From NCBI GenBank assembly GCA_040217195.1, contig JAVJNR010000002.1, forward strand, positions 128,001 to 192,000: a stretch of 64,000 nucleotides of DNA, written 5' to 3'. Every line of letters begins with the position of its first letter. Position 1 is the first letter of the stretch. This DNA comes from Leptospiraceae bacterium. GTDB lineage: Bacteria > Spirochaetota > Leptospiria > Leptospirales > Leptonemataceae. The notes beneath the pieces were generated by a model. The model did not search any database. It was not told the DNA's origin and was given only the letters and a program-made list of their open reading frames with translations. Both the position numbers and the translations under genes were made by a program. Shown here piece by piece: positions 9,373 to 19,506 of the stretch.

Positions 9373-10893
9373 ATGGACCTGGGTTCAAAATTAGGCCTCT
9401 ACGATAAAAAGCCCAGTCAAGCGAAGTCCCGGGCAAATCTTGATGAAAAGTCTGAGAATCGGCGAGACGGTTCAATCCCCGGAGAATCCAGTCGTACTGG
9501 CTCACCAATAGGGGAGTCTCCGAAGGCTGCATCGCATTGCCTATCTCCAGGACAATCGCAGTCGGAATCGGAATCTCTGGTGCAAACGGAGCCATGCCGG
9601 CAGCCGCAGGTACAGTCAGAAACGGAATCTCCATCGGAGGCGAATCAGGGGAATCAACCGCTACTGCAATTCCAGGACATTCAATTAGAACGCCTTTGTC
9701 CAGATCTCTATTTTCGTAGAATCGATTATCCGGATTTGCTGCTGGGCCAGACTTCCCTGGCTGAATTATTGGTACAGCCCATGCAATACCTGGATGATCT
9801 ACTGCCTTCCCGGACCCTGGAAGGTGCGCCTGAAATGGTTCATCGCAACGAAGTCCTTTTTATAGATACAGAAACCACAGGTCTGGGTAGAGGTCCGGGC
9901 AACTTTCCCTTTCTATACGGCCTGGCCTACATACGCGAAAATGGTTTGGTCTTCGAACAGTATTTTCTCAACGGTCCGGGTGCGGAGGCAGAGTTCCAGG
10001 CTATTCTACGAGAGAAAGTCTCCCATTTCGCGGCCATATGCAGCTACAATGGCAAATCATTCGATGTACCGCTTATCAGAAATCGATTTGTTCTTCTGGG
10101 CGAGAGATTCAAAGCGCCGCCAGTTCATTTAGATCTGTTTCATTTCTGGAGATCCATTGGTGGAGGTATGCGAAAGGCCGCATCCGGTCCCGTGGAAGCA
10201 AAGAAAAAAGCCAGACTTTCCATGAAAGGGTTTAAACAAAAGAATATGGAAGAAGAGGTACTGGGCTTTTTCAGGCAGAATGATTTACCAGGGGCCGAGG
10301 TCCCGCAGGTCTATTTCGATTTTAGAAAGTACGGCAGAGGGGAGCGAATGAGCGAAGTACTGCGTCATAATGAATGGGATCTGCAGGGGCTGGCGCTCCT
10401 CTTTTTGAAGGCCATATCTCTGGTTAACAATGAAAGAGACCAGGTTGCTCTGTATCGCTCGGGAATCGCAAGAATGTTTTTGCGACATGGAAAGTCCCAG
10501 GAGTCTGCTAGAATTCTTCGGGAATTGAGCCAGGTTACGGACAGGGATTATCAGGACAGTCTACTATACGGCGATAGGATTCTGCTTGGCAATGTTCTAA
10601 AACGGAACAAGCGGTACGTAGAGGCAGATGAAGTCTTTGAAGGTCTGTTCAGAAAGTATCGTTGCATGCAAAGCTGCATCGAAATGAGCCGTTATAGAGA
10701 GTTCCGATTAAAGGAACTGGATTCGGCGCTGGAGGTGGCTCAAGAAGGTCTGGAGCTTCTGGAATTTCGTGGAGTGGATGAGTCCAATCGATATTTTCAG
10801 GATCTAAAGCGTCGAACGACAAGATTGCGAACACGGATGGAAAAGCAACAGAGAGACACAGAAAGTAAGGTCTCAACGGAAAATAGCAAATGA
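9373..10893 (+). CDS. mrfB: YprB/MrfB-like DEDD exonuclease (RNase_H_2) with C-terminal TPR-like region and disordered N-terminus
   Basis: FIDTETTGL, SYNGKSFDVP, HLDL, R..DLPGAEVPQVY, HNEWDL; ATGA overlap with the helicase. Confidence 0.85.
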   Translation: MDLGSKLGLYDKKPSQAKSRANLDEKSENRRDGSIPGESSRTGSPIGESPKAASHCLSPGQSQSESESLVQTEPCRQPQVQSETESPSEANQGNQPLLQFQDIQLERLCPDLYFRRIDYPDLLLGQTSLAELLVQPMQYLDDLLPSRTLEGAPEMVHRNEVLFIDTETTGLGRGPGNFPFLYGLAYIRENGLVFEQYFLNGPGAEAEFQAILREKVSHFAAICSYNGKSFDVPLIRNRFVLLGERFKAPPVHLDLFHFWRSIGGGMRKAASGPVEAKKKARLSMKGFKQKNMEEEVLGFFRQNDLPGAEVPQVYFDFRKYGRGERMSEVLRHNEWDLQGLALLFLKAISLVNNERDQVALYRSGIARMFLRHGKSQESARILRELSQVTDRDYQDSLLYGDRILLGNVLKRNKRYVEADEVFEGLFRKYRCMQSCIEMSRYREFRLKELDSALEVAQEGLELLEFRGVDESNRYFQDLKRRTTRLRTRMEKQQRDTESKVSTENSK

Positions 10894-13208
10894 ATACAGA
10901 GCAGCTAATCGATTACATTCAGAGTGATCCTCAATTCGAGAATAGAATTCAATCGGTGAGCCATGTGCCCGGAAAATCCGCCCAGTTCGGGGATTTTCCA
11001 AAGGGACTGGATGTTGATCTGGTTCAGGGAGTGCAGTCCCTGGGCATCTCAGAGCTGTATAGCCATCAGGCCCGGGCTGTGGAAGCCGCTCTGGACGGCG
11101 AAAATACGGTGGTGGTAACTCCTACCGCCTCGGGCAAATCGTTGACCTATATACTTCCCGTCCTTCAGAAAAAGAGAAAGAACCCGCTGTCCAGAAGCCT
11201 GTTTCTCTTTCCCACAAAGGCGTTGAGTCAGGATCAAATGAGTTCCGTGCAGGCTCTATCGGATGGTTTGCGCGCTGGAATGAAGATCTTTACTTTCGAT
11301 GGAGATACTCCGGCAACTGTGCGCAGCCGGGTGCGAGAGGCAGGCGATATTGTAGTTACGAATCCAGATATGCTACACTCCGGAATCATGCCTCATCATA
11401 CATCCTGGATCAAACTGTTTGAAAATCTAGACTTCATAGTCATTGATGAACTACATACGTACAGAGGAGTCTTCGGTTCGCACCTGGCAAATGTTCTACG
11501 TCGATTGTTTCGGATCTGTGAATTCTATGGCTCCAGACCACAGATCCTGTGCGCATCCGCTACGATCGGAAATCCGCGAGAACTGGCTGAGAAATTGACC
11601 GGTCGGCCATTTACCCTCATTAATGAATCTGGCTCGCCTTTCGGGGATAAGTATTTTGTGTTCTATAACCCGCCCTTGATTCAGAAAGAATTGGGGGTTC
11701 GTGCTTCCTCTTTGAAGGAGGCAGCTCGCCTGGGTGCATCCTTGCTATCCAACGGAGTAAGAACGATTTTCTTTTGCAGGTCCCGTGTAAGAGTGGAGCT
11801 ACTGAGCACCTATCTAAAAGAAAGATGCCCGCAGTTCAAAGAAAAGATTAAATCCTACCGGGGCGGCTATCTACCCAATGAAAGGCGTCAGATTGAAAAG
11901 GATTTAAGAGAGGGAAATTTGCTGGCTGTTGTAAGTACAAATGCTCTGGAACTTGGCATTGACATTGGAAGTCTGGAAGCCAGCGTAAGCCTGGGGTATC
12001 CAGGGTCTATAGCCTCCATTTTGCAGCAAAGCGGAAGGGCCGGTCGAAAGCAACAAACGGCTCTGAGCTTCTTTATCGCAACGTCGGATGGTACCGATCA
12101 ATTCCTGGTTAGCCATCCTGAATATATTCTGGAGCGAAACCCGGAAACAGCTCAAATCAATCAGGATAATCTGGTTATCCTGGCCGATCATATCAAATGT
12201 GCAGCCTTTGAACTTCCTTTCAAAGTTGATGAGAATTTCGGAGATTTTCCCGCTACGAAAGAGATCCTGGATCATCTGGTGAATGCCCGGGTTCTGCATG
12301 TAAACAGAGATAAGTACCACTGGGAAAGCGACACATATCCTGCCTCTGATGTTAGCCTTCGATCGGGGCCAAAAGAAAACTTTGTAATTATCGATGTAAC
12401 CGATACAGGCAATGAAAAGGTGATCGGTGAGGTAGACCATTTTTCAGCGCCATTGTTGATTCATCAGCATGCGATCTATATTCATCAAGGACAACAGTAC
12501 TATGTAGAGGAATTGCTCTGGGATGATCGTCAGGCCCGAGTTCGAAAGATCAATGTGGACTATTATACCGATGCCCATGAGAAAGTAGAGGTCTCGATTC
12601 TAGATGATAACGAAGAAAGAACTGTGGATAATCTTTCTGTTCGCTCAGGAGAAGTCCTTCTACGCAGGAAGGCGGTGCTGTTTAAAAAGATTAAATTGGA
12701 AACCCATGAGAATACAGGATGGGGGGAAATCCATTTACCAGAGCTGGAAATGCATACTCAGGCAGGCTGGATTCTATTCGACCAGGAACTCCTTGATGAT
12801 GTGGCCCGGCAGGTTGTAGACGGAGGCTTGCCCTCGGGTCATTCAGGAGCCATGCTGGCAGCCATCGCTCATAGCTTTGGAATCATCACACCAGTATACA
12901 TTCTTTGCGATCGCTCTGATATAGCATTCAGGTCAGATGTTCGATCTACAGTATTCGAAAAGCCAGCCGTGTATTTCTACGATGGCTTCCCTGGTGGGAT
13001 GGAGCTGAGCTACGTGGCCCTTGATAATCTCGCCAGCATTGCGCGAGGAGCCCTGGAGATTATCGAACGCTGCGAATGCGAAGCAGGCTGTCCCTCCTGC
13101 ACAGGTGTGGTAGATACTGAGATTCCAGTAAAGCAGGCCAGCTCCCTGTTGCTCAGGAGATTTCTGTCCCGTCTGGGGGAAGAGGCTGTACCGGCCGGTG
13201 GTCGATAG
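10890..13208 (+). CDS. mrfA: YprA/MrfA/Hrq1-like SF2 helicase with C-terminal DUF1998 zinc domain
   Basis: LYSHQ, TPTASGKS, FPTKALSQDQ, DELHTYRGVFGSH, SATIGNP, TNALELGIDIG, QQSGRAGR, C-terminal CECEAGCPSC. Confidence 0.93.
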   Translation: MNTEQLIDYIQSDPQFENRIQSVSHVPGKSAQFGDFPKGLDVDLVQGVQSLGISELYSHQARAVEAALDGENTVVVTPTASGKSLTYILPVLQKKRKNPLSRSLFLFPTKALSQDQMSSVQALSDGLRAGMKIFTFDGDTPATVRSRVREAGDIVVTNPDMLHSGIMPHHTSWIKLFENLDFIVIDELHTYRGVFGSHLANVLRRLFRICEFYGSRPQILCASATIGNPRELAEKLTGRPFTLINESGSPFGDKYFVFYNPPLIQKELGVRASSLKEAARLGASLLSNGVRTIFFCRSRVRVELLSTYLKERCPQFKEKIKSYRGGYLPNERRQIEKDLREGNLLAVVSTNALELGIDIGSLEASVSLGYPGSIASILQQSGRAGRKQQTALSFFIATSDGTDQFLVSHPEYILERNPETAQINQDNLVILADHIKCAAFELPFKVDENFGDFPATKEILDHLVNARVLHVNRDKYHWESDTYPASDVSLRSGPKENFVIIDVTDTGNEKVIGEVDHFSAPLLIHQHAIYIHQGQQYYVEELLWDDRQARVRKINVDYYTDAHEKVEVSILDDNEERTVDNLSVRSGEVLLRRKAVLFKKIKLETHENTGWGEIHLPELEMHTQAGWILFDQELLDDVARQVVDGGLPSGHSGAMLAAIAHSFGIITPVYILCDRSDIAFRSDVRSTVFEKPAVYFYDGFPGGMELSYVALDNLASIARGALEIIERCECEAGCPSCTGVVDTEIPVKQASSLLLRRFLSRLGEEAVPAGGR

Positions 13209-13243
13209 AAGACTTCGGTCGTTTCGAATAGATTGCGGAGCCA

Positions 13244-13567
13244 TGCTTTGCGAGAAGACCTCTGCCGAATAGAGCTAGCAAAACACAGGCTATGCGACAT
13301 GGACTCTGTGGTAGTGAACAAAAAAGACACGGGCTATGCGAAACGGACCATCCGGAGAAACCTGTGAAGAATCCGGCTCTGCTGTAGGGACTCAGTTGAA
13401 GAGAACTGCAACACGACCTGCGATAAGAATTCAGCCGAAGAAAACTGAAACATGCACTGTGATAAAAACTCAGCAGAAGAAAACTGAAACACGTCCTGTG
13501 ATAGGGACTCAGCAGCAGAGACTTGAGAAGACAGACGCACTGCGATAGGGGCATATGCAAGACACTG
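13244..13567. repeat. Degenerate tandem array of about 8 units of 39-44 bp between convergent mrfA and mnmG
   Basis: Units start at 13244, 13288, 13332, 13375, 13414, 13453, 13492 and 13536 and share a core like (C/A)TGYGA.A.GGACTCAG; units 5 and 6 share GAAGAAAACTGAAACA. Confidence 0.75.
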
Positions 13568-13575
13568 TAATACTT

Positions 13576-15483
13576 TCAGGTGTTTTGATCTACATTCCTG
13601 GCGGATGCCAGTAGCTTCATATGAATCAAATCTATGTCGGGAGGATCCACTCCAGAAATACGAGATGCAGTATCCAGATCGTGCGGACGTAATTTCTTAA
13701 GTTTTTCCAGTGCCTCTTTCTTCAAGTTGGGCACAGTGTCATAATCAAAATCATCCGGAATAATAACACAACGAGCTTTCTCTCTTCGCTGAATGTTTTC
13801 CAGTTCCCGTTTGATATAGCCTTCGTATTTAATTTCCATCTCCAGAATTTCCAGATGATCAGCATCCAGTTGTTCCAGTCCATCAATCATTCCTATGCAG
13901 TCCTGAACCTTAACTTCTGGACGCCGCAGGAAAGCACCCACGCTCTTTCCGAATCCAGCTCGCGGCATCTGAATCTTCCTGCGTTCCAGCGCTGTATCCA
14001 GAGCCGGTCCAGGCTTCAAGCCTGTGGTTTCAATTTTCTGTTTCAGCTCTGCGATACTTTCATATCGCTGCAGCATAGCATTATACTGGCCCTCTTCAAT
14101 GACTCCAAGATCCCGACCATATTTCATCAATCTATGATCTGCATTGTCCTGACGCAATAATAGACGATGTTCCGCCCGACTGGTAAACATTCTGTATGGA
14201 TCATCCACACCTTTAAGCGTCAGATCATCAATTAGCACACCTATATAGGCTTCTTCGCGCCCCAGAATAAGCATTGGCTCATTCCTGCGCTTTCGCACAA
14301 TATTGTAGCCTGCCATCAGCCCCTGGGCTGCAGCCTCTTCGTAGCCAGTGGTACCATTAATCTGACCAGCAAGGTAAAGGGATTGGATCTTTCTGGTTTG
14401 CAGGTCAGGTCCCAGCTCCCGGGGATCTATATAATCGTACTCAACAGCGTATCCGGGCCGAATGATCTCAGCTTCTTCCAGGCCAGCGCAGCTGCGAACA
14501 ATCTGCCATTGTACATCTTCTGGCAGACTGGTGGATATTCCGTTGAGATACAGCTCTCCTGTATGTATTCCTTCTGGTTCTATAAAGATATGATGTCTTT
14601 CTCGCTCTGCGAATCGCACCACTTTGTCTTCTATACTGGGGCAATACCGCGGACCCGTGGATTCGATTTGGCCAGAGTACATAGGGGATCGAGCCAGGTT
14701 ATTCTGAATAATCTGGTGCACTCGCTGGTTTGTATAGGTGATATAACAATCGATCTGCGGCATGGGCAGACTTCGGGTAGAATAGGAAAAGGCAGAGGGC
14801 TCATCGTCTGGTGGCTGTACTTCCAGTTTGTCAAAATCAACCGTGTTTTTTAGAATTCGTGGTGGAGTGCCCGTTTTCAAGCGACCCATCTGAAAATCGA
14901 ATGTATGCAGACATTCGGAAAGCCCCATGGCAGACTGTTCTGCGATTCGGCCGGATCGAGCCTGGTATTCTCCTATGTGGATCTTCCCTCCCAGAAAGGT
15001 ACCGGTTGTTAAAACGATGTCAGAAGCATACAGTTCAAGTCCGCGACCGGTGATGACTCCTGTGATTCGATTACCGTCCAGGATCAAAGACTCGCATGTA
15101 TCCTGGCGGAACGTTAATCCGGGTATTTCCTCAAGAGTCCATTTAACCAGATTCTGATACGCTTTCTTTTCAGCCTGGGCCCGAGGCGCCCATACGGCAG
15201 GCCCTCGGGACCGATTGAGCATTTTAAAATGAATTCCGGTCTGATCGATGATACGACCCATCAGCCCACCCAGCGCATCGATTTCCCGTACCATGTGTCC
15301 CTTGGCAATTCCTCCAATGGCAGGATTGCAGGACATCTGACCGATAGTATCCAGGTTCATGGTCAAAAGCAGTGTCTTTAATCCGGATCGGGCCGTGATG
15401 GCCGCCGCCTCTGTGCCGGCATGCCCCGCTCCTACTACGATAACGTCATACTGGTTGGGGATGGAGTTGGTCTCTTTTTCCAT
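13576..15483 (-). CDS. mnmG: tRNA uridine-5-carboxymethylaminomethyl modification enzyme MnmG (GidA)
   Basis: [74 protein letters not shown]. Confidence 0.98.
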   Translation of the reverse strand: MEKETNSIPNQYDVIVVGAGHAGTEAAAITARSGLKTLLLTMNLDTIGQMSCNPAIGGIAKGHMVREIDALGGLMGRIIDQTGIHFKMLNRSRGPAVWAPRAQAEKKAYQNLVKWTLEEIPGLTFRQDTCESLILDGNRITGVITGRGLELYASDIVLTTGTFLGGKIHIGEYQARSGRIAEQSAMGLSECLHTFDFQMGRLKTGTPPRILKNTVDFDKLEVQPPDDEPSAFSYSTRSLPMPQIDCYITYTNQRVHQIIQNNLARSPMYSGQIESTGPRYCPSIEDKVVRFAERERHHIFIEPEGIHTGELYLNGISTSLPEDVQWQIVRSCAGLEEAEIIRPGYAVEYDYIDPRELGPDLQTRKIQSLYLAGQINGTTGYEEAAAQGLMAGYNIVRKRRNEPMLILGREEAYIGVLIDDLTLKGVDDPYRMFTSRAEHRLLLRQDNADHRLMKYGRDLGVIEEGQYNAMLQRYESIAELKQKIETTGLKPGPALDTALERRKIQMPRAGFGKSVGAFLRRPEVKVQDCIGMIDGLEQLDADHLEILEMEIKYEGYIKRELENIQRREKARCVIIPDDFDYDTVPNLKKEALEKLKKLRPHDLDTASRISGVDPPDIDLIHMKLLASARNVDQNT

Positions 15484-15762
15484 TGGTTTGGCCAAAGTCT
15501 GCAAAAGGGCTAGAGATTCGCCTGAATCGCATTAGCACAGGCGTTTCATATAATATAGATACAGTGGCAGGATTTGGACAGCCAGTGAGGGAACAAGCAT
15601 CTATGGAACCAGGATTTCAGCCCCATTCCTGTGGGTTGCAGCCTGCGGTTTCGACAACGTTGCGGTCTAGAGACATAAGACGGATTGACAGATTGAAAAG
15701 GCCCGGGAACTGTTCGAATCAGCCTGGAAACCAGTAATCTTCTGTATCAATTCAAATAAGCA

Positions 15763-18075
15763 ATGACCGACACTCAGAATAACATGCATCGAAATTTAAT
15801 TATCATAGGCGGTGGGGCCCTGCAGGTTCCAGTCATTGAGGCTGCCCGCAGTATGGAGCTAAATCCAATTGTCTTTGATATGGACAGTGAAGCACCTGGC
15901 AAAGCTCTAGCCTCACGGTTTATACAGATGAGTACCCGGGACATCGATGGCTGCGTCCGTGAAGCCAAACGATTGAGCCAGGAGTTGTCTATCCATGGTG
16001 TAATCACTGCCGGCACCGATGCCTCCCGGGCTGTGTCTGCCATTGCGGCTGCTCTGGAGCTTCCGGGTATTCGCTACAACGATGCAGAAGCTGCATCCAA
16101 CAAGGTGCTGATGCGAAAGCGGCTCAGACAGGCTGGAGTTCCCATTCCGAATTTCTTCTCTGTCTGGAACCTGAAGGAAGCTCGCGAGGGTCTGGATGAA
16201 CTTGGTTGTCCCGCTGTGCTGAAGCCTGCAGAGAATATGGGTGCCCGGGGAGTAATCAAAATCCGCAACCGGTCAGAACTGGCTGCTGCATACAGACATT
16301 CTAAAAGACATTCCACTACTGGTGAAATGATTCTGGAGGAATATATGGATGGCCCCGAGTTGTCCGTGGATGCCCTGGCTTTCAATGGGCAATACTGGAT
16401 GACAGGAATAGCGGATCGTATCATAGATAAAGAGCCATTCTTCATAGAGCGAGGGCATAACATGCCTTCGGCCATGTCTGAATCCGTGCTTCAAGAAGTG
16501 GAACGGGTGATGATTGCCGGTATGAAAGCCCTGGGCATCCATACAGGTGCAGGAAAAGGGGATATCAAAGTCACCTCAGAAGGGGTGAAGATAGGTGAGC
16601 TGGCGGCGCGTCTATCGGGCGGCTGGATGTCTTCGCATACCTTTCCTCTGCACAGCGGAGTAAATCTTTATCAGGCGGCCATCCGAATTGCCCTGGGCGA
16701 AGAGCCTGGAAGCTTGAGTCCTCAAAGAAGTCGGATTGTAATCGAAAGAGGTCTGTTTTCGCCGGCCGGTCGGATCGTATCTCTGGGCGGTCGGGAAGCA
16801 ATGATTTCCGTTCCCGGCGTGGAGGAGGTAATACTCACTCGGAAAGCCGGATCCATCATGCAGGAGTTGACCAGCAATATCGAAAAGGTGGGCCACATCA
16901 TAGCATCGGGTCAGACTCTTGCAGAAGCAGAGAAGGCGGCCGAACAGGCAAGGGATCTGTTTGAGCTGGAAGTGGACGAGACCGCTGGAATAAACTGGGC
17001 TACTGTGGAAGAGAGGGCCCGAGAACGATTTTCCGAAAGTGTGTGCTGGGTTTGCAAGGCCTGCGATGGTCAGAATTGTGCCAGCGGTGTTCCTGGAATG
17101 GGTGGTACCGGTACCCAGCGAAGTTTTCAGGACAATTCTCTGGCGCTCAGCGAATGGCGAATCGTTCCTAATTATGTTCGACCTTCTGTCAGCCCGGATA
17201 CCGGTATTGAGCTGTTTGGAAAGCATCTGGAGCATCCAATACTGGGAGCACCCATGACCGGTGCAGGAACCAATCTGAAGGAGGCTTTGAGTGAAGCAGA
17301 GTTGGCTCAGGGCATGCTTCGAGCTTACCGAGAAACTGGCAGTCTGGCCTTCCTTGGCGATGGTGCATCTCTGGGAAAGTTTCCCACAATTCTGGATGCT
17401 CTGGAACAGGAGGAGGGGTTTGGAGTTCTAATATGCAAACCCAGGGAGGATACCCGGGAAATTGTTAATCGAATGCAGGCTGCCATTGATCGAGGCGTAC
17501 TTGCTGTAGGCATGGATATCGATGCTCTGGCATTTAAGACCCTTCATCTCAGGGGTCAGCGAGGCCTGGCCCGGCCTTCCGAGGATATCGAACGTATTCG
17601 AAACAGCGTAAAGGCTCCGTTCATTCTAAAAGGTATTTTGAATGCATCGGATGCTATGGCTGCGGCCAAGGCTGGAGTGGATGCAATTGTAGTTTCGAAT
17701 CATGGCGGTAGGGTACTGGATGAAGCTCCCGGGGCTGCCAGGGTTCTATCGGAAGTAAGGCAGGCCTGGCTGGAACATGGTGGAAGCCCGGAAGGTCTTC
17801 TGGCCGATGGCGGTGTGCGATCCGGCGCCGACGCTTTTAAATACATGGTCCTTGGGGCCCAGGCCGTTCTGGTGGGCCGTCCATCGGTGATTGCGCTTGC
17901 CGGTGGAGGCCAGGCGGCGCTGAGATTCCTGATACAATCCTATGCTCGAGAACTTAGAGACACCATGCATTTAAGTGGAGTGTCCCGGGTGAATGATCTG
18001 CCAGGAAGCGGACTGCTTCAAAGAGTGGCCAATGGTGGTGACTCTTTTGGCTCAACCGTGTCCAGAAAGCTCTGA
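15763..18075 (+). CDS. Fusion of an ATP-grasp ligase domain and an FMN-dependent alpha-hydroxy-acid dehydrogenase domain
   Basis: N-terminal: IIGGG.LQ, NK.LMR, VLKP...GARGV, LEEYMDGPELSVD, IGELAARLSGG. C-terminal: CWVCKACDGQNC, APMTG, ILKGIL, VSNHGGRVLD, ADGGVRSG.D..K...LGA.AV.VGRP. Confidence 0.88.
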   Translation: MTDTQNNMHRNLIIIGGGALQVPVIEAARSMELNPIVFDMDSEAPGKALASRFIQMSTRDIDGCVREAKRLSQELSIHGVITAGTDASRAVSAIAAALELPGIRYNDAEAASNKVLMRKRLRQAGVPIPNFFSVWNLKEAREGLDELGCPAVLKPAENMGARGVIKIRNRSELAAAYRHSKRHSTTGEMILEEYMDGPELSVDALAFNGQYWMTGIADRIIDKEPFFIERGHNMPSAMSESVLQEVERVMIAGMKALGIHTGAGKGDIKVTSEGVKIGELAARLSGGWMSSHTFPLHSGVNLYQAAIRIALGEEPGSLSPQRSRIVIERGLFSPAGRIVSLGGREAMISVPGVEEVILTRKAGSIMQELTSNIEKVGHIIASGQTLAEAEKAAEQARDLFELEVDETAGINWATVEERARERFSESVCWVCKACDGQNCASGVPGMGGTGTQRSFQDNSLALSEWRIVPNYVRPSVSPDTGIELFGKHLEHPILGAPMTGAGTNLKEALSEAELAQGMLRAYRETGSLAFLGDGASLGKFPTILDALEQEEGFGVLICKPREDTREIVNRMQAAIDRGVLAVGMDIDALAFKTLHLRGQRGLARPSEDIERIRNSVKAPFILKGILNASDAMAAAKAGVDAIVVSNHGGRVLDEAPGAARVLSEVRQAWLEHGGSPEGLLADGGVRSGADAFKYMVLGAQAVLVGRPSVIALAGGGQAALRFLIQSYARELRDTMHLSGVSRVNDLPGSGLLQRVANGGDSFGSTVSRKL

Positions 18076-18683
18076 AACCTGCCGGACCAGGATTTGGCGA
18101 GATTGCGTAGATTAACCTCTGAGCCCAGAATGTCTCGAATGCTACCAGGCTCAAATTGATTGAGGCCGCAGGCCACGATGTTCTGGAATGTGCTCAGGTC
18201 GTTATTCACGTTGATTGCGACTCCGGAGGACGTAAAAAAACGACCTGCTTCAATTCCAATGGAGCAAACCTTTTTGTTCCGGTAGTAAAGTCCCGGATAA
18301 TCGGATCGCACGACCAGAGTTACGCCAGTTTCTTCTTTCACGGACTCAGCGGAGATGGAAAGCAGTGCCTTGAAAAAATCAGAAAGCGAAACTTTACGAA
18401 TCTTCAGATCTATGTGAGGATAAATCACCAGCTGGCCGGGCTCATGAGCCGTTAGATCACCCCCGCGCTTAATGGGTATCAATGGAACTCCCACTTTCTG
18501 AAGCGCTTCATTGCTTTTCAATAGATGACTCTCTTTCCATTGAATGCCACCGGTAATCGTAGGCGGATGCTGACAGAATAACAATAGCTCCCGGCGCTGA
18601 CTTCGTAGTTCCTGTTGCCAGTTTTGATAGGCCTCGTAGGGCAGTAATTCCTCTCTGAATTCGATGGACATCTCAGTTTTCAT
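18018..18683 (-). CDS. lipB: Lipoyl(octanoyl) transferase LipB
   Basis: CQHPPTITGG, RGGDLTAHEPGQLVIYP, KVCSIGI, GVAINV, F..IVACG. Confidence 0.92.
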   Translation of the reverse strand: MKTEMSIEFREELLPYEAYQNWQQELRSQRRELLLFCQHPPTITGGIQWKESHLLKSNEALQKVGVPLIPIKRGGDLTAHEPGQLVIYPHIDLKIRKVSLSDFFKALLSISAESVKEETGVTLVVRSDYPGLYYRNKKVCSIGIEAGRFFTSSGVAINVNNDLSTFQNIVACGLNQFEPGSIRDILGSEVNLRNLAKSWSGRFQSFLDTVEPKESPPLATL

Positions 18684-18755
18684 GCCGTTTCAGGGGCGGC
18701 CCTCCTGAACCCTTTTTTACTTTTTGAAAAATCATTCTATGTTCTGCCAGGGGAT

Positions 18756-19379
18756 TCACTCAGAAATCATGGGAACAAACCTTACAGCCAGAATCCGCTT
18801 TCTATAAATGCCCTGTGGGGTATTCTCTACAAGGTAAAGATACTGGGATTGTTGCCCTGCTGGCAAAACCATTTTTCCCCCCGGTAGCAACTGGCCTTCC
18901 AGGTGAGTCGGATAATCTGTAAAAGAGGCCGCCGCCAGTATTGCCTGGAATGCCTGTCCGGGAATGCCACCGGAGCCATCCCCTGATTGAATTTCTACAT
19001 TTTCAATACCCAGAGTCTCAAGGTTCCTTCTGGCCCGGTGGACCAGCTCCGGCACTAGCTCGAACCCGATGACTCGGGGAAATATCTGAGCCAAAACGGC
19101 GCTCTGGTATCCGCAGCCCGACCCCAATTCCAGCACTGTGCCTACTTCTACATCGGATGGAGGTAGAATGGCACGGGTCATGAATGCAACAATGTAAGGC
19201 TGGCTAATGGTCTGGTTATGACCGATGGGAAGCGGCCCGTCCTCGTAAGCGCGTGCCTGATACTCCTCCGGGACAAAGTGGGCCCGGTCCACCGCAGCCA
19301 TGGCCTTTAGAACTCGGGAATCGGTAATTCCTCGATCAATGATCTGATCCTGAATCATACTTTTCATTGAGTCATTCAT
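18756..19379 (-). CDS. pcm: Protein-L-isoaspartate O-methyltransferase
   Basis: V.R..FVP, AYEDGPLPIG..QTISQPYIVA, VLELGSGCGYQSAVL, GDGS.G, VRFVPM. Confidence 0.95.
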   Translation of the reverse strand: MNDSMKSMIQDQIIDRGITDSRVLKAMAAVDRAHFVPEEYQARAYEDGPLPIGHNQTISQPYIVAFMTRAILPPSDVEVGTVLELGSGCGYQSAVLAQIFPRVIGFELVPELVHRARRNLETLGIENVEIQSGDGSGGIPGQAFQAILAAASFTDYPTHLEGQLLPGGKMVLPAGQQSQYLYLVENTPQGIYRKRILAVRFVPMISE

Positions 19380-19506
19380 AAAGGCTCGGACTACATTTTC
19401 ATATCTGCAGAAATCACCGCAACCAAAAGGAACAAGGTGGGGAATGCGAATCCGGACCCGCTTTGTGCTTGCATGACACCAGAACTATGTAAGAATTTGG
19501 GCAACT

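Noticed and set aside
13244..13567. CRISPR array
   Set aside because: Period is only 39-44 bp, units are degenerate along their whole length, there are no unique spacers and no cas genes in the window
15484..15762. oriC next to mnmG (gidA)
   Set aside because: No TTATCCACA-type DnaA box cluster or AT-rich unwinding element seen, and no dnaA, rsmG or parAB nearby
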